A DNA stretch of 64,000 bases, taken from an uncultured Gemmatimonadales bacterium (GTDB lineage: Bacteria; Gemmatimonadota; Gemmatimonadetes; Gemmatimonadales; GWC2-71-9). Positions within the stretch are counted from its first letter, which is position 1, and each line of letters opens with the position of its first letter. Location: assembly GCA_963798915.1 (NCBI GenBank), contig CAWCVB010000006.1, positions 288,001-352,000 on the forward strand, given 5' to 3'. Shown here piece after piece: positions 1 to 9,875 of the stretch. The position numbers and the translations under genes were made by a program. Under the pieces are notes generated by a model. That model saw only the letters and a list, made by a program, of their open reading frames with translations. It searched no databases and was not told the DNA's origin.

Positions 1-865
1 CCCGGCCCACCTGCAAGAAGTAGCGGAAGGCCCGCTGCCGGAGTTCCTGATCCGTGGGTGCGGCGCGCAGCATCTGCTGCAGCATGGCCACCGTCTGCGC
101 GGTGTCCGCCTTGGCTTCATACAGGGCCGCCAGTTCGGTCATCGCCTTGATACTGAGGGAATCGCCCTTCACCGCCGCGGAAAGTTCCTTGATTTTGGTC
201 GCAGGGTCGCTGGAGAGCTGCGCCAGACAATAGTGCGCGAGGCCGTTCTCGGGCATGCCCTTGAGGACGTCTTCGGCCTTCTTGCGTGCGTCGGCTGGCT
301 TGGAAACCCGCTGGTTCATGCATTCGCGAGCATCACTCAGGACCTCGAGTCCCTGCTTCAGCGAATCCACGGCAGCGACACCCATTGACGGAACCTGCCC
401 GCTCTGGTTGACGTGAACCGTGACACCGGCGTCGTCATTGACGCCGGCAAGGCGCGAAACCATCGACCAGCGGCCAGCCGGACCCTTGGCCATCTGCGAC
501 GTGATCAACACCCGGCCCGACAAAGCCTGGGCCAATTTGCGGGCCGGGTCCTGGCTCAGGATCGCGTCTGGCGCATAGCCGAACGAGAGCAGAGCTCGAT
601 TCATCATGGAATCGGGAATGACGCTGTAGTCGGATCGGGACGCGACGCGCACCAGGCGATCCCGCATGGCCTGACCCACGGCCACCGCCGTGGCCGAGTC
701 GGCGCTGGTAAAGACGTACGGATTGGCGACCATGATCCTGGTGGCCGCAACCGCTGCACCACGCGATATATGGGCTCCGCGCGGAATACCCTGAGCCGCC
801 AGCGGAGCCTGGACCATGGCCGTCATCGCCGCGCCCACGAAGATCAGAACTCGCCTCAGGTGCAT
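1..865 (-). CDS. Secreted TPR-like protein, partial (runs off the left edge; absent from the ORF track)
   Basis: Hand translation from ATG at 865: MHLRRVLIFVGAAMTAMVQAPLAAQG (signal peptide, AxA cleavage site), open to the window edge. Later TPR-like helices (PENGLAHYCLAQL, AMTELAALYEAKADTAQTVAMLQQMLRAAP). GGAG RBS upstream. Confidence 0.75.
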   Translation of the reverse strand, partial: MHLRRVLIFVGAAMTAMVQAPLAAQGIPRGAHISRGAAVAATRIMVANPYVFTSADSATAVAVGQAMRDRLVRVASRSDYSVIPDSMMNRALLSFGYAPDAILSQDPARKLAQALSGRVLITSQMAKGPAGRWSMVSRLAGVNDDAGVTVHVNQSGQVPSMGVAAVDSLKQGLEVLSDARECMNQRVSKPADARKKAEDVLKGMPENGLAHYCLAQLSSDPATKIKELSAAVKGDSLSIKAMTELAALYEAKADTAQTVAMLQQMLRAAPTDQELRQRAFRYFLQVGR

Positions 866-932
866 TCGTATCTCCGAAAGTGGGATCTTGAATCGACACA
901 TGGCGGGAGTGAAGCCGCCAAAAGCCGCGCAG

Positions 933-1007
933 TGGGCGAAGAGGGATTCGAACCCCCGACATCCTGCGTGTAAGGCAGGCGCTCTGGACCAGCTGAGCTA
1001 TTCGCCC
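933..1007 (-). tRNA. tRNA-Val (TAC), CCA not encoded
   Basis: GGGCGAA...TTCGCCC-A acceptor stem, D arm TAGCTCAGCTGG, anticodon arm CCTGC-CTTACAC-GCAGG, T loop GGTTCGAATCC. Confidence 0.97.
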
Positions 1008-1076
1008 GAACAGATCGGCCGGCCCGCTCCATCATGCCCCAGATGCAGGGACCGTGCCGTGGCGTGCGTCACCGCG

Positions 1077-1268
1077 TCACAGTGCTATTCCAAGTGGAAA
1101 CAAGACGCAGTAACCGGCCACGAGCAACACAGCGGCGGCAGTTGGATGGCCGGCGGACAGCACGGCGTACCCGGCGATGAGTGTCAGAACGGCAGCCGCG
1201 AGGAAGAAGATATTCCTGCGGGCCAGCAAGCGCTGCGGGGCCATTGCACCAGCCTGCGGTTTGGTCAT
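1077..1268 (-). CDS. Small two-TM membrane protein (DUF3098-like)
   Basis: 63 aa; RRNIFFLAAAVLTLIAGYAVLS and AAVLLVAGYCVLFPLGIAL are two hydrophobic helices. Confidence 0.7.
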   Translation of the reverse strand: MTKPQAGAMAPQRLLARRNIFFLAAAVLTLIAGYAVLSAGHPTAAAVLLVAGYCVLFPLGIAL

Positions 1269-1277
1269 AAGCGGTTG

Positions 1278-1306
1278 ACGCTAAACACTGTGGCCCGGCT
1301 GGTCAA
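1278..1306 (-). promoter_or_regulatory. Candidate sigma70 promoter for the small membrane gene and tRNA-Val
   Basis: TTGACC (1306-1301), 17-nt spacer, TAGCGT (1283-1278). Confidence 0.4.
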
Positions 1307-2174
1307 GTTCATCGTCGTCTGGAGGCGCTGGCCAGCCGATATCAAGGGCGGCGCGCCGAGGCCCATCCAGGACCCGGCGGATCCACGAGGCGATGACAAC
1401 CGCCACGGCAACCAGCAACCAGAGGCCGCCCAGCGTCAGCCATCCCAGCACGCCGTAGCGACGGCGCACGTCCCGCTGCCAAGCCACTCCGAACTGGCCC
1501 GGCGTGAGTCCGGTCGTCCGCCGGAGCGCCGTATCGAACGGCTCCCCGGAGGCCAGCAAGGTCAACAATGGCTCCAGCGAGTGCTCCGGGTGACGCCGGG
1601 CCAGGTCCATCACAGCGGTCATGGCCAGTCCATAGGCAAGCGATGCGTCGGCCTCGGTTCCCTGCAGGCCGCGGTTCAGGTTGTCGAGGTCCGGGATGCG
1701 CCCGCGCAGGACGGCGAGGTTGATGCCAACCGCATCCATTCGGCTCCACTCACCAGCCGCGTAGGCGGCGTAGCCTTCGTCGAACCAGCGGGGAACGCTC
1801 GAATGGATGGCGCGGCGCAGCGCCAGGTGCGCCAGCTCGTGTCTCAGCGTGGCTTCCGTCTGGCCCGCGTCGGCGCGGATCAGAATGGTGCGGCTGGATG
1901 GCAGCGCGACACCCGCGCCCCACGACGGTGCACGCCCGCTGGTATAGCGCTGCATGGTCGACTGGTCCGGCACCACGATCAGGCGGATCGGTCCCGGGTC
2001 GCGCCTGCCCAGGCCGGGCCAGGTGTGGACATGATCCGCCTCGTCGCCAAGCTGGAGGGCCAGCGGCATCTCGCGCGCCGTCGCGACCACCGTGACCTGA
2101 CCGACCTGTGCTGCCTGGGGCTGAGGCGGCGCCTGAACGAACGGGCGAAGAGCGATGAGCGCGAGTGCGCTCAG
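1281..2174 (-). CDS. Peptidase MA-like (gluzincin) metalloprotease with C-terminal TM anchor; start uncertain
   Basis: LRHELAH (HExxH) followed by VPRWFDEGYA; C-terminal hydrophobic helix and basic tail. Start placed at the CTG overlapping the upstream stop; the ORF track gives 2342. Confidence 0.8.
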   Translation of the reverse strand: MSALALIALRPFVQAPPQPQAAQVGQVTVVATAREMPLALQLGDEADHVHTWPGLGRRDPGPIRLIVVPDQSTMQRYTSGRAPSWGAGVALPSSRTILIRADAGQTEATLRHELAHLALRRAIHSSVPRWFDEGYAAYAAGEWSRMDAVGINLAVLRGRIPDLDNLNRGLQGTEADASLAYGLAMTAVMDLARRHPEHSLEPLLTLLASGEPFDTALRRTTGLTPGQFGVAWQRDVRRRYGVLGWLTLGGLWLLVAVAVVIASWIRRVLDGPRRAALDIGWPAPPDDDELDQPGHSV

Positions 2175-3055
2175 GAACGCGCGGAACGCGGGATGGTCCC
2201 TCCGGCAGCGGCGGTGTCCAGCATGTCCTTGCACCGCTTGCCCCACTGATTGAATCGGTTGGCGCGATGGCCCTCGGTCCACGACTCGGTGGCGCCCTCG
2301 CGATCGCCGGAAAGCCACTGCGCGCGTCCCAGCTCGTACCACGCCTCGATCAGGTTGGGTCCCAACTGGAGGGTCTTGCGGAAGAAGGCCTGGGCGTCCT
2401 CGAACATCTCGCGCTCGAGATAGACCAGGCCCAGGTAGTAGTGGGCGTAGAGCGTGGCCTTCCGGTCGTTGTTCAGCCGAATGGCCTTGGAAAGATGTTC
2501 GATGGCTTCGCCGAAGATCCGCTTCTTGAGGCAGATGTACCCGACATTGATCCGGGCCAGCGCATTGGCAGGTTCTGCCATCAGCACCCGCGAGAATGTC
2601 GCCAGCGCCTCGTCATAGCGCTCGTCGAGCATCTCGGCCCAGCCCAGGAGGGACTGCGCCTGCGTGTCACCCGGTGCGAGTTCCAGGGCACGCTCGAGCG
2701 CCTGCACGGCGCCGGCATGGTCCCCCAGCGAAATCAGGCTCCAGCCCTTTTCAATAAACGTCGACGCACCGATATGATCCGAGTGCACCGCGGGCCTGGC
2801 TCCCGAGAACTGCGGTGGTTGTGCCCCATCCTCCGTCGCGCCTGAGGCGACCTGTTTGTAGCGCTCAACCAGCGCGCGGAGGTCGTCCTTCAGCCGGCTG
2901 AGCTCGCCCAGGGCCGCGTCAACCTCTCGGTACAGCGAAATAATGTCGCGCTTGAGGCGCTCGCGAGTGTCCACCCCGCCAGCCTCGCCAAGCCGCGCCT
3001 CCACCTCGCGATAGCGGTCACGATACATCGCGGCCGGGCCAGGTCGATCGGTCAC
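2171..3055 (-). CDS. TPR protein with N-terminal coiled coil
   Basis: About 5 TPR units (e.g. AWYELGRAQWLSGDREGA); heptad-like N-terminus; GTGA overlap with cheW. Confidence 0.85.
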   Translation of the reverse strand: MTDRPGPAAMYRDRYREVEARLGEAGGVDTRERLKRDIISLYREVDAALGELSRLKDDLRALVERYKQVASGATEDGAQPPQFSGARPAVHSDHIGASTFIEKGWSLISLGDHAGAVQALERALELAPGDTQAQSLLGWAEMLDERYDEALATFSRVLMAEPANALARINVGYICLKKRIFGEAIEHLSKAIRLNNDRKATLYAHYYLGLVYLEREMFEDAQAFFRKTLQLGPNLIEAWYELGRAQWLSGDREGATESWTEGHRANRFNQWGKRCKDMLDTAAAGGTIPRSARS

Positions 3056-3513
3056 GTTCCGGCCCGCTGCAAGGTGACGCGTTCGTCGCCGCTGAAGAGC
3101 CGACGGGCGTTGAGCAGCACGACGGTCTGCTCTCCGATATGCGCAACCCCGCTGATGTACTCGGCGGCGAGGCCGCGCACCAGCGGCGGCGGCGCCGCAA
3201 TCACTGATGCGTCCACCCGCACGACCTCCCGCACCTGATCGACCACCACGCCAATTCGATCGCGCTCGACTGTGATCACGATGACGCGGGTGTCCTCGCC
3301 CAGCTCCGCCGGTACGTCGAGGCGCTTGCGCAGGTCCACCACCGGAATGACCCCGTCTTCGAAGGGGAGGACACCCTCGAGAAAGGGAGGGGCCTTTGGC
3401 ACGGTCGAGGGCCGCTCGTATCGAAGGATCCGCTCGACCTGCAGGATGTCAAACCCGAAGTCCTGCTCACCGACACGGAAAGTCACCAGTTGCACGTCAT
3501 CGCCGGAGATCAT
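3052..3513 (-). CDS. cheW: Chemotaxis coupling protein CheW
   Basis: QLVTFRVGEQDFGFDILQVERI, VPKAPPFLEGV, IPVVDLRKRL, IGVVVDQVREV. Confidence 0.95.
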   Translation of the reverse strand: MISGDDVQLVTFRVGEQDFGFDILQVERILRYERPSTVPKAPPFLEGVLPFEDGVIPVVDLRKRLDVPAELGEDTRVIVITVERDRIGVVVDQVREVVRVDASVIAAPPPLVRGLAAEYISGVAHIGEQTVVLLNARRLFSGDERVTLQRAGT

Positions 3514-3932
3514 AGCCGACCCATTTCAAAGAGGCGCGCGCTCAACGCCGCAAGATCGAGCAGGGGGAGCAATTCCTTGCCATGGCGAACCAACGCCGCC
3601 GCCCACGGTACGGCTCGATCAGGGGGCACGGGTAGCGACTCGCCACGCTGTACGACTTCGGCATCATCGACTTCGAGGCACAGGCGCCTGCCCTCGACAG
3701 TCACCACAATGGCGGTGGAGGCCACGTCGGCAGGACACCGCTGCCCCGCCAGCAATGCCGCCAGATGAACCACGGGCAGGACCGCGCCCCGCATGGTCGC
3801 GACTCCGCGCACCGCCGGCTCGAGGCTGGGGACCGCAGCAACCGCACCCGGCACGGTCACCGCTTCCAGATGCTCCACCGGAAGCCCGATGGCGCGACCG
3901 CCAGCGTGCACCACCAGGAACTGCGTCATCAT
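3510..3932 (-). CDS. cheW: CheW-domain protein (divergent)
   Basis: [39 protein letters not shown]. Confidence 0.88.
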   Translation of the reverse strand: MMTQFLVVHAGGRAIGLPVEHLEAVTVPGAVAAVPSLEPAVRGVATMRGAVLPVVHLAALLAGQRCPADVASTAIVVTVEGRRLCLEVDDAEVVQRGESLPVPPDRAVPWAAALVRHGKELLPLLDLAALSARLFEMGRL

Positions 3933-5005
3933 GAAGCCAGGCGGGTGAGACTGGCGTCGAGGACGGCCGCAATCCGCTCCACCGCAAGCACGTAATCCGC
4001 GCCACCGCTCAACCGCGCCGCATTGGGCATGCCATCAATGACAGCGCTGGCCCTGTCCTGCGCAATCCCGATACCGCCCGCGTCATGAATGGCCCGCAAG
4101 CCTGCAGCGCCGTCCCGCCCCAGCCCGGTCAGCACGACGCCAATCGCAGCGGGGCCGAAATACTCCGCCAGCGTGGTGAAGAGCGGATCGGCCGCCGGTC
4201 GCACGCCCCAGACGGTGGGCGACTGATCGAGGGCAATGACCGGACCACCGTCTCCACTGCGCACCAGCATATGGTAGTCGCCCGGCGCCACATACGCCGT
4301 ATCCTCCAGCACCGGGCTTCCCTGCTCGGCTTCGACCACGGTGTAGCGGCTCTGTGTGGCGAGGCGCTCGGCCAGACTGCGCGTGAACTTGGGCGGCATG
4401 TGCTGCACGATCAGGATGGCCGCGTGACGGCCTCGAGTCAGGCGCGGGACGATCTCCGCCAATGCTCGTGGCCCGCCGGTGGAGGCGGCGATGCCCACGG
4501 CACATCGGGCCCGACCGGGCAGGGTGGTCATCGTCGACGGAGGCATCGCCGGTCGTATCGGGCGAGCCAGCATCGGCAGGCGGAGGATCTCAGCTTCGCG
4601 GGCCGCATAGAGGGCCGCAAGCACCCGCCGGCCGAATCGGCCGATGGCCTCCTGGCCTCGGTCCTCGTCCTTCGCGACAAGATCCACTGCACCGAGTTCG
4701 AGCGCTCGAATGGCCGCCGCGGTGCCGGCGCCGGCGTACGCGCTGACGACAACGATGGGCCGGGGCGACTCGGACATGATGTAGCCGATGGCGCCCAATC
4801 CATCGAGTTCCGGCATCTCCAGGTCCATCAGCACGCAGTCGGGTTCGAGGGCATGGACCTTCTCAAGCGCATCCAACCCGTTCCGCGCCGTTCCGCAGAC
4901 CCGGAACGCTTCTGATCCATTGACCACATCGGTCAGCAGCCGCCGAAAAAACGGGCTATCGTCCGCAATGAGGACGCTGGCCGGTTCAGAGTTGCGTGGT
5001 GCCAT
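3929..5005 (-). CDS. cheB: Chemotaxis methylesterase CheB (receiver + esterase)
   Basis: Receiver motifs VLIADDS and [10 protein letters not shown]; catalytic [19 protein letters not shown]. Start set at ATG 5005. Confidence 0.96.
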   Translation of the reverse strand: MAPRNSEPASVLIADDSPFFRRLLTDVVNGSEAFRVCGTARNGLDALEKVHALEPDCVLMDLEMPELDGLGAIGYIMSESPRPIVVVSAYAGAGTAAAIRALELGAVDLVAKDEDRGQEAIGRFGRRVLAALYAAREAEILRLPMLARPIRPAMPPSTMTTLPGRARCAVGIAASTGGPRALAEIVPRLTRGRHAAILIVQHMPPKFTRSLAERLATQSRYTVVEAEQGSPVLEDTAYVAPGDYHMLVRSGDGGPVIALDQSPTVWGVRPAADPLFTTLAEYFGPAAIGVVLTGLGRDGAAGLRAIHDAGGIGIAQDRASAVIDGMPNAARLSGGADYVLAVERIAAVLDASLTRLAS

Positions 5006-5471
5006 GTGACACCGAGGTGATTTCCACCCGGCCATCAGCCGCCCAGACACGCACCGTCCGGCCGTAGTCGCCCCCGACCGCTTCACCGATCAGCGGGATA
5101 CCATGCTGGGCCAGGACCTGGCGCGACGCCACCACGTTCCGTTCCCCCATCTGGATGGTGCCGGGCGCCGTCAATGACGCGAACATGCTCGCACCGCCCA
5201 CCAGGCGACCTCCAACACGCCCGGACCGGGCCCCGAGCGATGCCATCCCGCTGAGCAGCGCCGGCACCGCCTTCTGGGGCACCTTGCCAGGGCGGTCATC
5301 GCTTGGTCGCACGAGCGCCGGCGACGGCAGGAGCACGTGCGCGAGCCCGGCCACGTGGGCCACCGGATCGTACAGGATGATGGCGACACAGCTGCCCAGT
5401 CCGATGGTGACGAGCTCGTCATCGAGTCGGCCCACGCGCAGGTCGGCGACCCGCACCACGATGTCGCTCAT
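4986..5471 (-). CDS. cheD: Chemoreceptor glutamine deamidase CheD
   Basis: [35 protein letters not shown]. Confidence 0.95.
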   Translation of the reverse strand: MSDIVVRVADLRVGRLDDELVTIGLGSCVAIILYDPVAHVAGLAHVLLPSPALVRPSDDRPGKVPQKAVPALLSGMASLGARSGRVGGRLVGGASMFASLTAPGTIQMGERNVVASRQVLAQHGIPLIGEAVGGDYGRTVRVWAADGRVEITSVSHGTTQL

Positions 5472-6286
5472 TCCCGCCGCCGGTAGATGCGTTCACGGAT
5501 GTCCACCAGGTCGACCAGCTCACGGGCCGGGCCCAGCAGCGTCTCCACCTTGCCGAGCACCAGGATGCCATGTGGTGCAAGGCGCTCCACGAACAGCGAG
5601 AAGACCTGTTCCTGCAGGGGACGATCGAAGTAGATCACCACGTTCCGGCAAACAATCAGCTGATAGGCGGTGGCCAATGGGGTGGCCCGGCTCAGGTCCA
5701 GCTCTGCTACCGTAACGCGTTCGCGAATGGCAGGAACCACCGCGCGACCTGCCGCGTCAGGCACCGTATACCGATCCTGCAAATCCGCCGGCAGATCCTG
5801 GAACGCCTCCACACGGTAGACGCCCGCCCGCGCGCGCTCCATGGATGCGCGATCGACATCGGTCGCATGAATGGCTGCGCGACTGCTCCACTCCGGCCGG
5901 CCAGCGAGACGGCACTGTTCGGCGAACAGCATTGCCATCGTATACGGTTCATCGCCGGAGGCGCAGCCGGCACTCCACGCCAGCAGTCGCCCGGCATTCG
6001 CCTCCCACAGCGCCGGCAGAAACCGGCCCGCGAGTGCACTCCAGGTCTCGGGATTCCGGTAGAAGCGCGTCACATTGATGGTGAGCGCGTCCTTGAGGCG
6101 ATCCAACTCCTCCGGCTCACGCTCGACCAGCGCCCGATATTCGTCGTAGTCGCGGCTGCCACACGCGCGCATCCGCACCGCCACCCGGCGACGGATGCAC
6201 TTGTCCTTATAGGCATCGAGGGTCATCCCCACGGCTGATGAAACGGACCCAAGCAGCCGGGCGAAGGCCGCGTCGTCGGTCATCAC
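5468..6286 (-). CDS. cheR: Chemotaxis methyltransferase CheR
   Basis: LTINVTRFYRN, WSAGCASGDEPYTMAM, IVCRNVVIYFD. Confidence 0.96.
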   Translation of the reverse strand: MMTDDAAFARLLGSVSSAVGMTLDAYKDKCIRRRVAVRMRACGSRDYDEYRALVEREPEELDRLKDALTINVTRFYRNPETWSALAGRFLPALWEANAGRLLAWSAGCASGDEPYTMAMLFAEQCRLAGRPEWSSRAAIHATDVDRASMERARAGVYRVEAFQDLPADLQDRYTVPDAAGRAVVPAIRERVTVAELDLSRATPLATAYQLIVCRNVVIYFDRPLQEQVFSLFVERLAPHGILVLGKVETLLGPARELVDLVDIRERIYRRRE

Positions 6287-7902
6287 GAGGCAGCATCCAG
6301 CATGTCGAGGTTGGCCCGGGCGAGCTGATGCCCCGGATTGAGTTCCGCCGCACGTTGCCAGCAGCTGCGAGCCTGGTCGGTTTCGCGCCGCTTGAAGGCG
6401 ATGTTCCCCAGCTTGAAATAGAGGTCATCGCCGAGCTGGGGATCGAGCTTGGCCGCACGCTCATACATGCTCGCGGCCTCGTCGTAGCGGCCTGAGCGGT
6501 AGCACAAGTCACCCAGGTTCTTGGAAATCTGCGGCACGCCAGGCTCATCGGATAACGCTGCCCGGAGCAGCAGTTCCGCGCCGGCTACATCGCCATCGTG
6601 CTCCAGCATGACGGCGAGGTTGTTGCGCAGGATGGCGCTCGCGGGATGGGTCCGAACCCCTTCCTGGGCCACACTGAGGGCTGCGTCGGCACGATCGGCC
6701 GCGGCTGCAGCAAGCGACTGCGCCCAGTACCAGATCGCCGGCACGATGCCGTCCTTCAGCAACTCACGGGCGCGCGCCAGCCGGCTCTGGGCGGCTTCGG
6801 TGTCGCCGCGCCGCAATGCCAATACGCCCCAGCCCAGCTGGATCCGTGCATCTTCGCGGGCCCGCCCCGCCGCGTCCGCGAACACGCGCTCGGCCTCATC
6901 GAGCTGTCCGAGCTGCTCGAGTGCGATGGCCAGATCATGGAGCACCACCGGCCGGGGGCCGCCCTTCTCCAGGCAGTCGCGGAACGCCTGGGCGGCCTCG
7001 CTCCAGCGCGCCTGCCGCGACGCGATGAGTCCCAGGTGAAAGGGTGCCGCCGCCTCGGCCGGTCGCAGGTCGGCGACGCGCCGAAACTCACGCTCCGCTT
7101 CATCGAGCATTCCGGTCCGAAAGAACGCGACGCCCAGGTTGCGGTGCTCTTCCACCCGCGAGTCACTCGCGCGAGGCGCTGCGGCGGCACGCGACGAACC
7201 GGTGCGATGGGCGAAGCCGGCAGCGAGCAGGCCATAAATGGCCTTGCCGACCTGGAATTCCACCAGGCCGGATTCCTCCATGACCTGCTGCACATCACGG
7301 GTGCCGTCGAGAAGCGGCACGATCCGTTCCTGCTCGGCGCTGAGCGTCACATCGCTGTCGGCCACTCGCGATGGGTCAGCACTGAAGATGAGATCGAAGG
7401 TGGGAATCTTCTTCGCGATGAGACTCCACTCATCCACCCGTCGTGCCCCCTCGAGCAGGAGGCTCTCGGGATTGATGGAGACCAGGACATCCTGTTCCTC
7501 CGGACGCTCACCGGCCTCGAAGTTGAAGGTGCCGCTGCTCCAGGTGAACAGGAAATACACCGCTTCCTCGATTTGCAGCGCCACGAACTCCCGAAGCGCG
7601 TCCGGCGTGATGGCGCCGAGTTCGAGCAGTATCTGGCCAATGCGACGTTCCGGGCTGGCCGCCTGCTGGTCGATGGCTTGCTGCAGCACGTCCGCTGAGA
7701 GCCTGCCGTTGCGGACCAGCAGGTCCCCAAGCCGGTCACGCCGATTGACGATCGAGGCGAAGACGATGCGGCCGTCCTCGAAGTAGATGTAGCCGAAGTT
7801 CTGCCGGTCAGCCACGGCCAGGCAGCCGGAGCGTCGACCCAGCGCGAGCAGCTGGATGACATCCGGAAGACTCGCCTCGGACAGGCTTCCCTTGATGGCC
7901 AT
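6283..7902 (-). CDS. DUF4388 (PatA-N-like) protein with MshEN-like motif, wHTH-like segment and C-terminal TPRs
   Basis: [19 protein letters not shown]...GYIYFEDGRIVFA; ESLLLEGARRVDEW; many TPRs in the C-terminal half. Confidence 0.9.
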   Translation of the reverse strand: MAIKGSLSEASLPDVIQLLALGRRSGCLAVADRQNFGYIYFEDGRIVFASIVNRRDRLGDLLVRNGRLSADVLQQAIDQQAASPERRIGQILLELGAITPDALREFVALQIEEAVYFLFTWSSGTFNFEAGERPEEQDVLVSINPESLLLEGARRVDEWSLIAKKIPTFDLIFSADPSRVADSDVTLSAEQERIVPLLDGTRDVQQVMEESGLVEFQVGKAIYGLLAAGFAHRTGSSRAAAAPRASDSRVEEHRNLGVAFFRTGMLDEAEREFRRVADLRPAEAAAPFHLGLIASRQARWSEAAQAFRDCLEKGGPRPVVLHDLAIALEQLGQLDEAERVFADAAGRAREDARIQLGWGVLALRRGDTEAAQSRLARARELLKDGIVPAIWYWAQSLAAAAADRADAALSVAQEGVRTHPASAILRNNLAVMLEHDGDVAGAELLLRAALSDEPGVPQISKNLGDLCYRSGRYDEAASMYERAAKLDPQLGDDLYFKLGNIAFKRRETDQARSCWQRAAELNPGHQLARANLDMLDAAS

Positions 7903-9875
7903 CAGCGCCAGTCCTCGATCAACCGTGACGCGGGATCAGGCCAGTCCCCGATCATCTTCTCGCGATTCTGGGCAATCCCGGCCCCGCCATGGACCACGCC
8001 GCTGGATCGCACCATGGTCGAGCGGCGGCTGGATCCGCGTGTGCTCCCTCCCTCCAGCGCTTCGCGCGCAAGCAGCGCCGTCGGAGGCACACCGCGACTC
8101 TCAGCTGCGTGCAGCACCCGCTGCACCAGCCCCAGCGTGCTGCGCATCGAGTCGGCGGGGCGAGCCGCCACATAGGCCGCCAGTTCCGGATCCACCGCGT
8201 CGAGCTTGGCAGCCAGCAGACGTTCGACAGCGCGCTGCCTGAGCTCCCGGTCGGGTGAAGGCAGGTCAGCCACCAGCCCTCCCTCGAAGCGCGTCAGCAG
8301 GCGTGGTTCGATCCCGGACAGGTGGGCCGGCTGCACCCCGGCTGAAAAGACCATCTGACGGCCCTGCTCCTGGAATTCGTTGAACAACAGGAAGAGCTCT
8401 TCCTGGGACCGCTCCTTCCCTGCAAGGAACTGGATGTCATCCAGCAGCAGGGCATCGGCCCGCCGCCACCGGGCGCGCCAGCGCGGAACCGATTCCTGCT
8501 CGATGGCCGCGATCAATTCGTCCACGAACACCTGTGTGCTGGCGCACGCAACCCGCCGGCCACCCGCCGCGATCGCGTTGCCAACAGCATGCAAGAAGTG
8601 GGTCTTGCCATTCCCGCTCGGGCCGGCGATAACCAGCGGATTGTAGCGGGTGCCCGGTTCCTCGATGATGGCGCGAGCTGCCTGTACCGCCATGCGATTG
8701 CCCTGGCCCTCGAGGAAGGTGTCCAGGTTCCAGTGCGGGGAGGGCCCGGGTGGCGGCTCAGCCGCAGCCGCGGCGCGCTCCCGCAGCGCTTCCGCTGCCG
8801 CCAGCTGGTCCGGATTGCGGAGCACGGCGTCGCTGGCCAGGTCCGGTGCGAGATCCGCAACGTCGGCGTGGAGCACCCTGAGCCGTGCGACGTCACGTTC
8901 GAACGCAGCCAGTTCGGACGCCGGGTCCTCGGCCAGTTCCTGGTCGAGCAGCGCCGCCAGCCGGTCAACTCGATAGCCCTCTCCTTCCCAACGCAGCATC
9001 GCCTCGCCTATCCGGCGGCGCCATGACTCAACCTGCTCGGTGACCGTGGCCATGACGTCCTGAAGGAAGTCGGTGAACTCGTCTACCGGACCGGCGCCGA
9101 ACATCTCTCCGGCGACCGCGGGTACCGGCGCGCGCACAGGGCGCCGACCTGCGCTGCTCAGCTGCGCCGACGCCTCGCGGGCTTCCTCCGCGGTGATGGG
9201 AGCATCGCTCACGGCCTGCATCGCCGCGACGCGGTTCAGCGCGCCGAGCAGCTCGCGAACGCTCTCCGGCTCTGGCTCGGCGATGCCCTCCAGCACCGCG
9301 GCGGCCAGCTCCAACTGGCGCTGACCGGCGCGACGATGGAGGATCGCGACGCGCGTCTCGTAGTCGGGTATCCCGATGTCCACGACCAGTCCGCCCCCCA
9401 GCCGCCGCGCCAGGCGTTCATCCAGCGAGGGGATGTCGCCGGGCGGTCGGTCGCTGGCCAGGACCAGCTGGCGGCCGGCGGCGGCCATGGCATCGGTCAC
9501 CCGCAGGAGTTCGGCCTGCATTTCCCTCCGCCCGGCGAGGAACTGCACGTCGTCGAGCAGGAGCAGGTTCACTTCAAGCAATCGCCGGCGGTAGGCATCC
9601 CCACCACCGGACGCGATGGCCGCATGGAACGCCTCCAGGAACTCGTCGAGGGTCAGGTACTCCACCACCAGCTGGGCATTGATGGCGCGCGCGGCGTGGC
9701 CGATGGCGCCAAGGAGATGCGTCTTGCCGAGGCCGGGGCGCGCGTAGACGAACAGGGGGTTGTAGACCGCGCCGGGCGACTCGGCCACGGCGCGTGCCGC
9801 TGTGACGGCGAGCCGGTTCGCGCTGCCGACGACCAGCTCCTCGAACCGGAACTGCGGGGGAAGCTCGGCTGTCAT
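7902..9875 (-). CDS. DnaA/Hda-family protein with two AAA+ modules and no DNA-binding domain IV
   Basis: Module 1: [18 protein letters not shown]...LLLDDVQFL. Module 2: [18 protein letters not shown]...LLLDDIQFL. Confidence 0.92.
   Translation of the reverse strand: MTAELPPQFRFEELVVGSANRLAVTAARAVAESPGAVYNPLFVYARPGLGKTHLLGAIGHAARAINAQLVVEYLTLDEFLEAFHAAIASGGGDAYRRRLLEVNLLLLDDVQFLAGRREMQAELLRVTDAMAAAGRQLVLASDRPPGDIPSLDERLARRLGGGLVVDIGIPDYETRVAILHRRAGQRQLELAAAVLEGIAEPEPESVRELLGALNRVAAMQAVSDAPITAEEAREASAQLSSAGRRPVRAPVPAVAGEMFGAGPVDEFTDFLQDVMATVTEQVESWRRRIGEAMLRWEGEGYRVDRLAALLDQELAEDPASELAAFERDVARLRVLHADVADLAPDLASDAVLRNPDQLAAAEALRERAAAAAEPPPGPSPHWNLDTFLEGQGNRMAVQAARAIIEEPGTRYNPLVIAGPSGNGKTHFLHAVGNAIAAGGRRVACASTQVFVDELIAAIEQESVPRWRARWRRADALLLDDIQFLAGKERSQEELFLLFNEFQEQGRQMVFSAGVQPAHLSGIEPRLLTRFEGGLVADLPSPDRELRQRAVERLLAAKLDAVDPELAAYVAARPADSMRSTLGLVQRVLHAAESRGVPPTALLAREALEGGSTRGSSRRSTMVRSSGVVHGGAGIAQNREKMIGDWPDPASRLIEDWR

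Noticed and set aside
901..924. Terminator after tRNA-Val (TGGCGG...CCGCCA hairpin)
   Set aside because: On the tRNA strand the T run precedes the hairpin rather than following it; too weak to call.
7902..9875. Chromosomal replication initiator dnaA / oriC region
   Set aside because: No domain I or IV, no dnaN/recF/gyrB neighbours, no intergenic space, and I saw no DnaA-box cluster.
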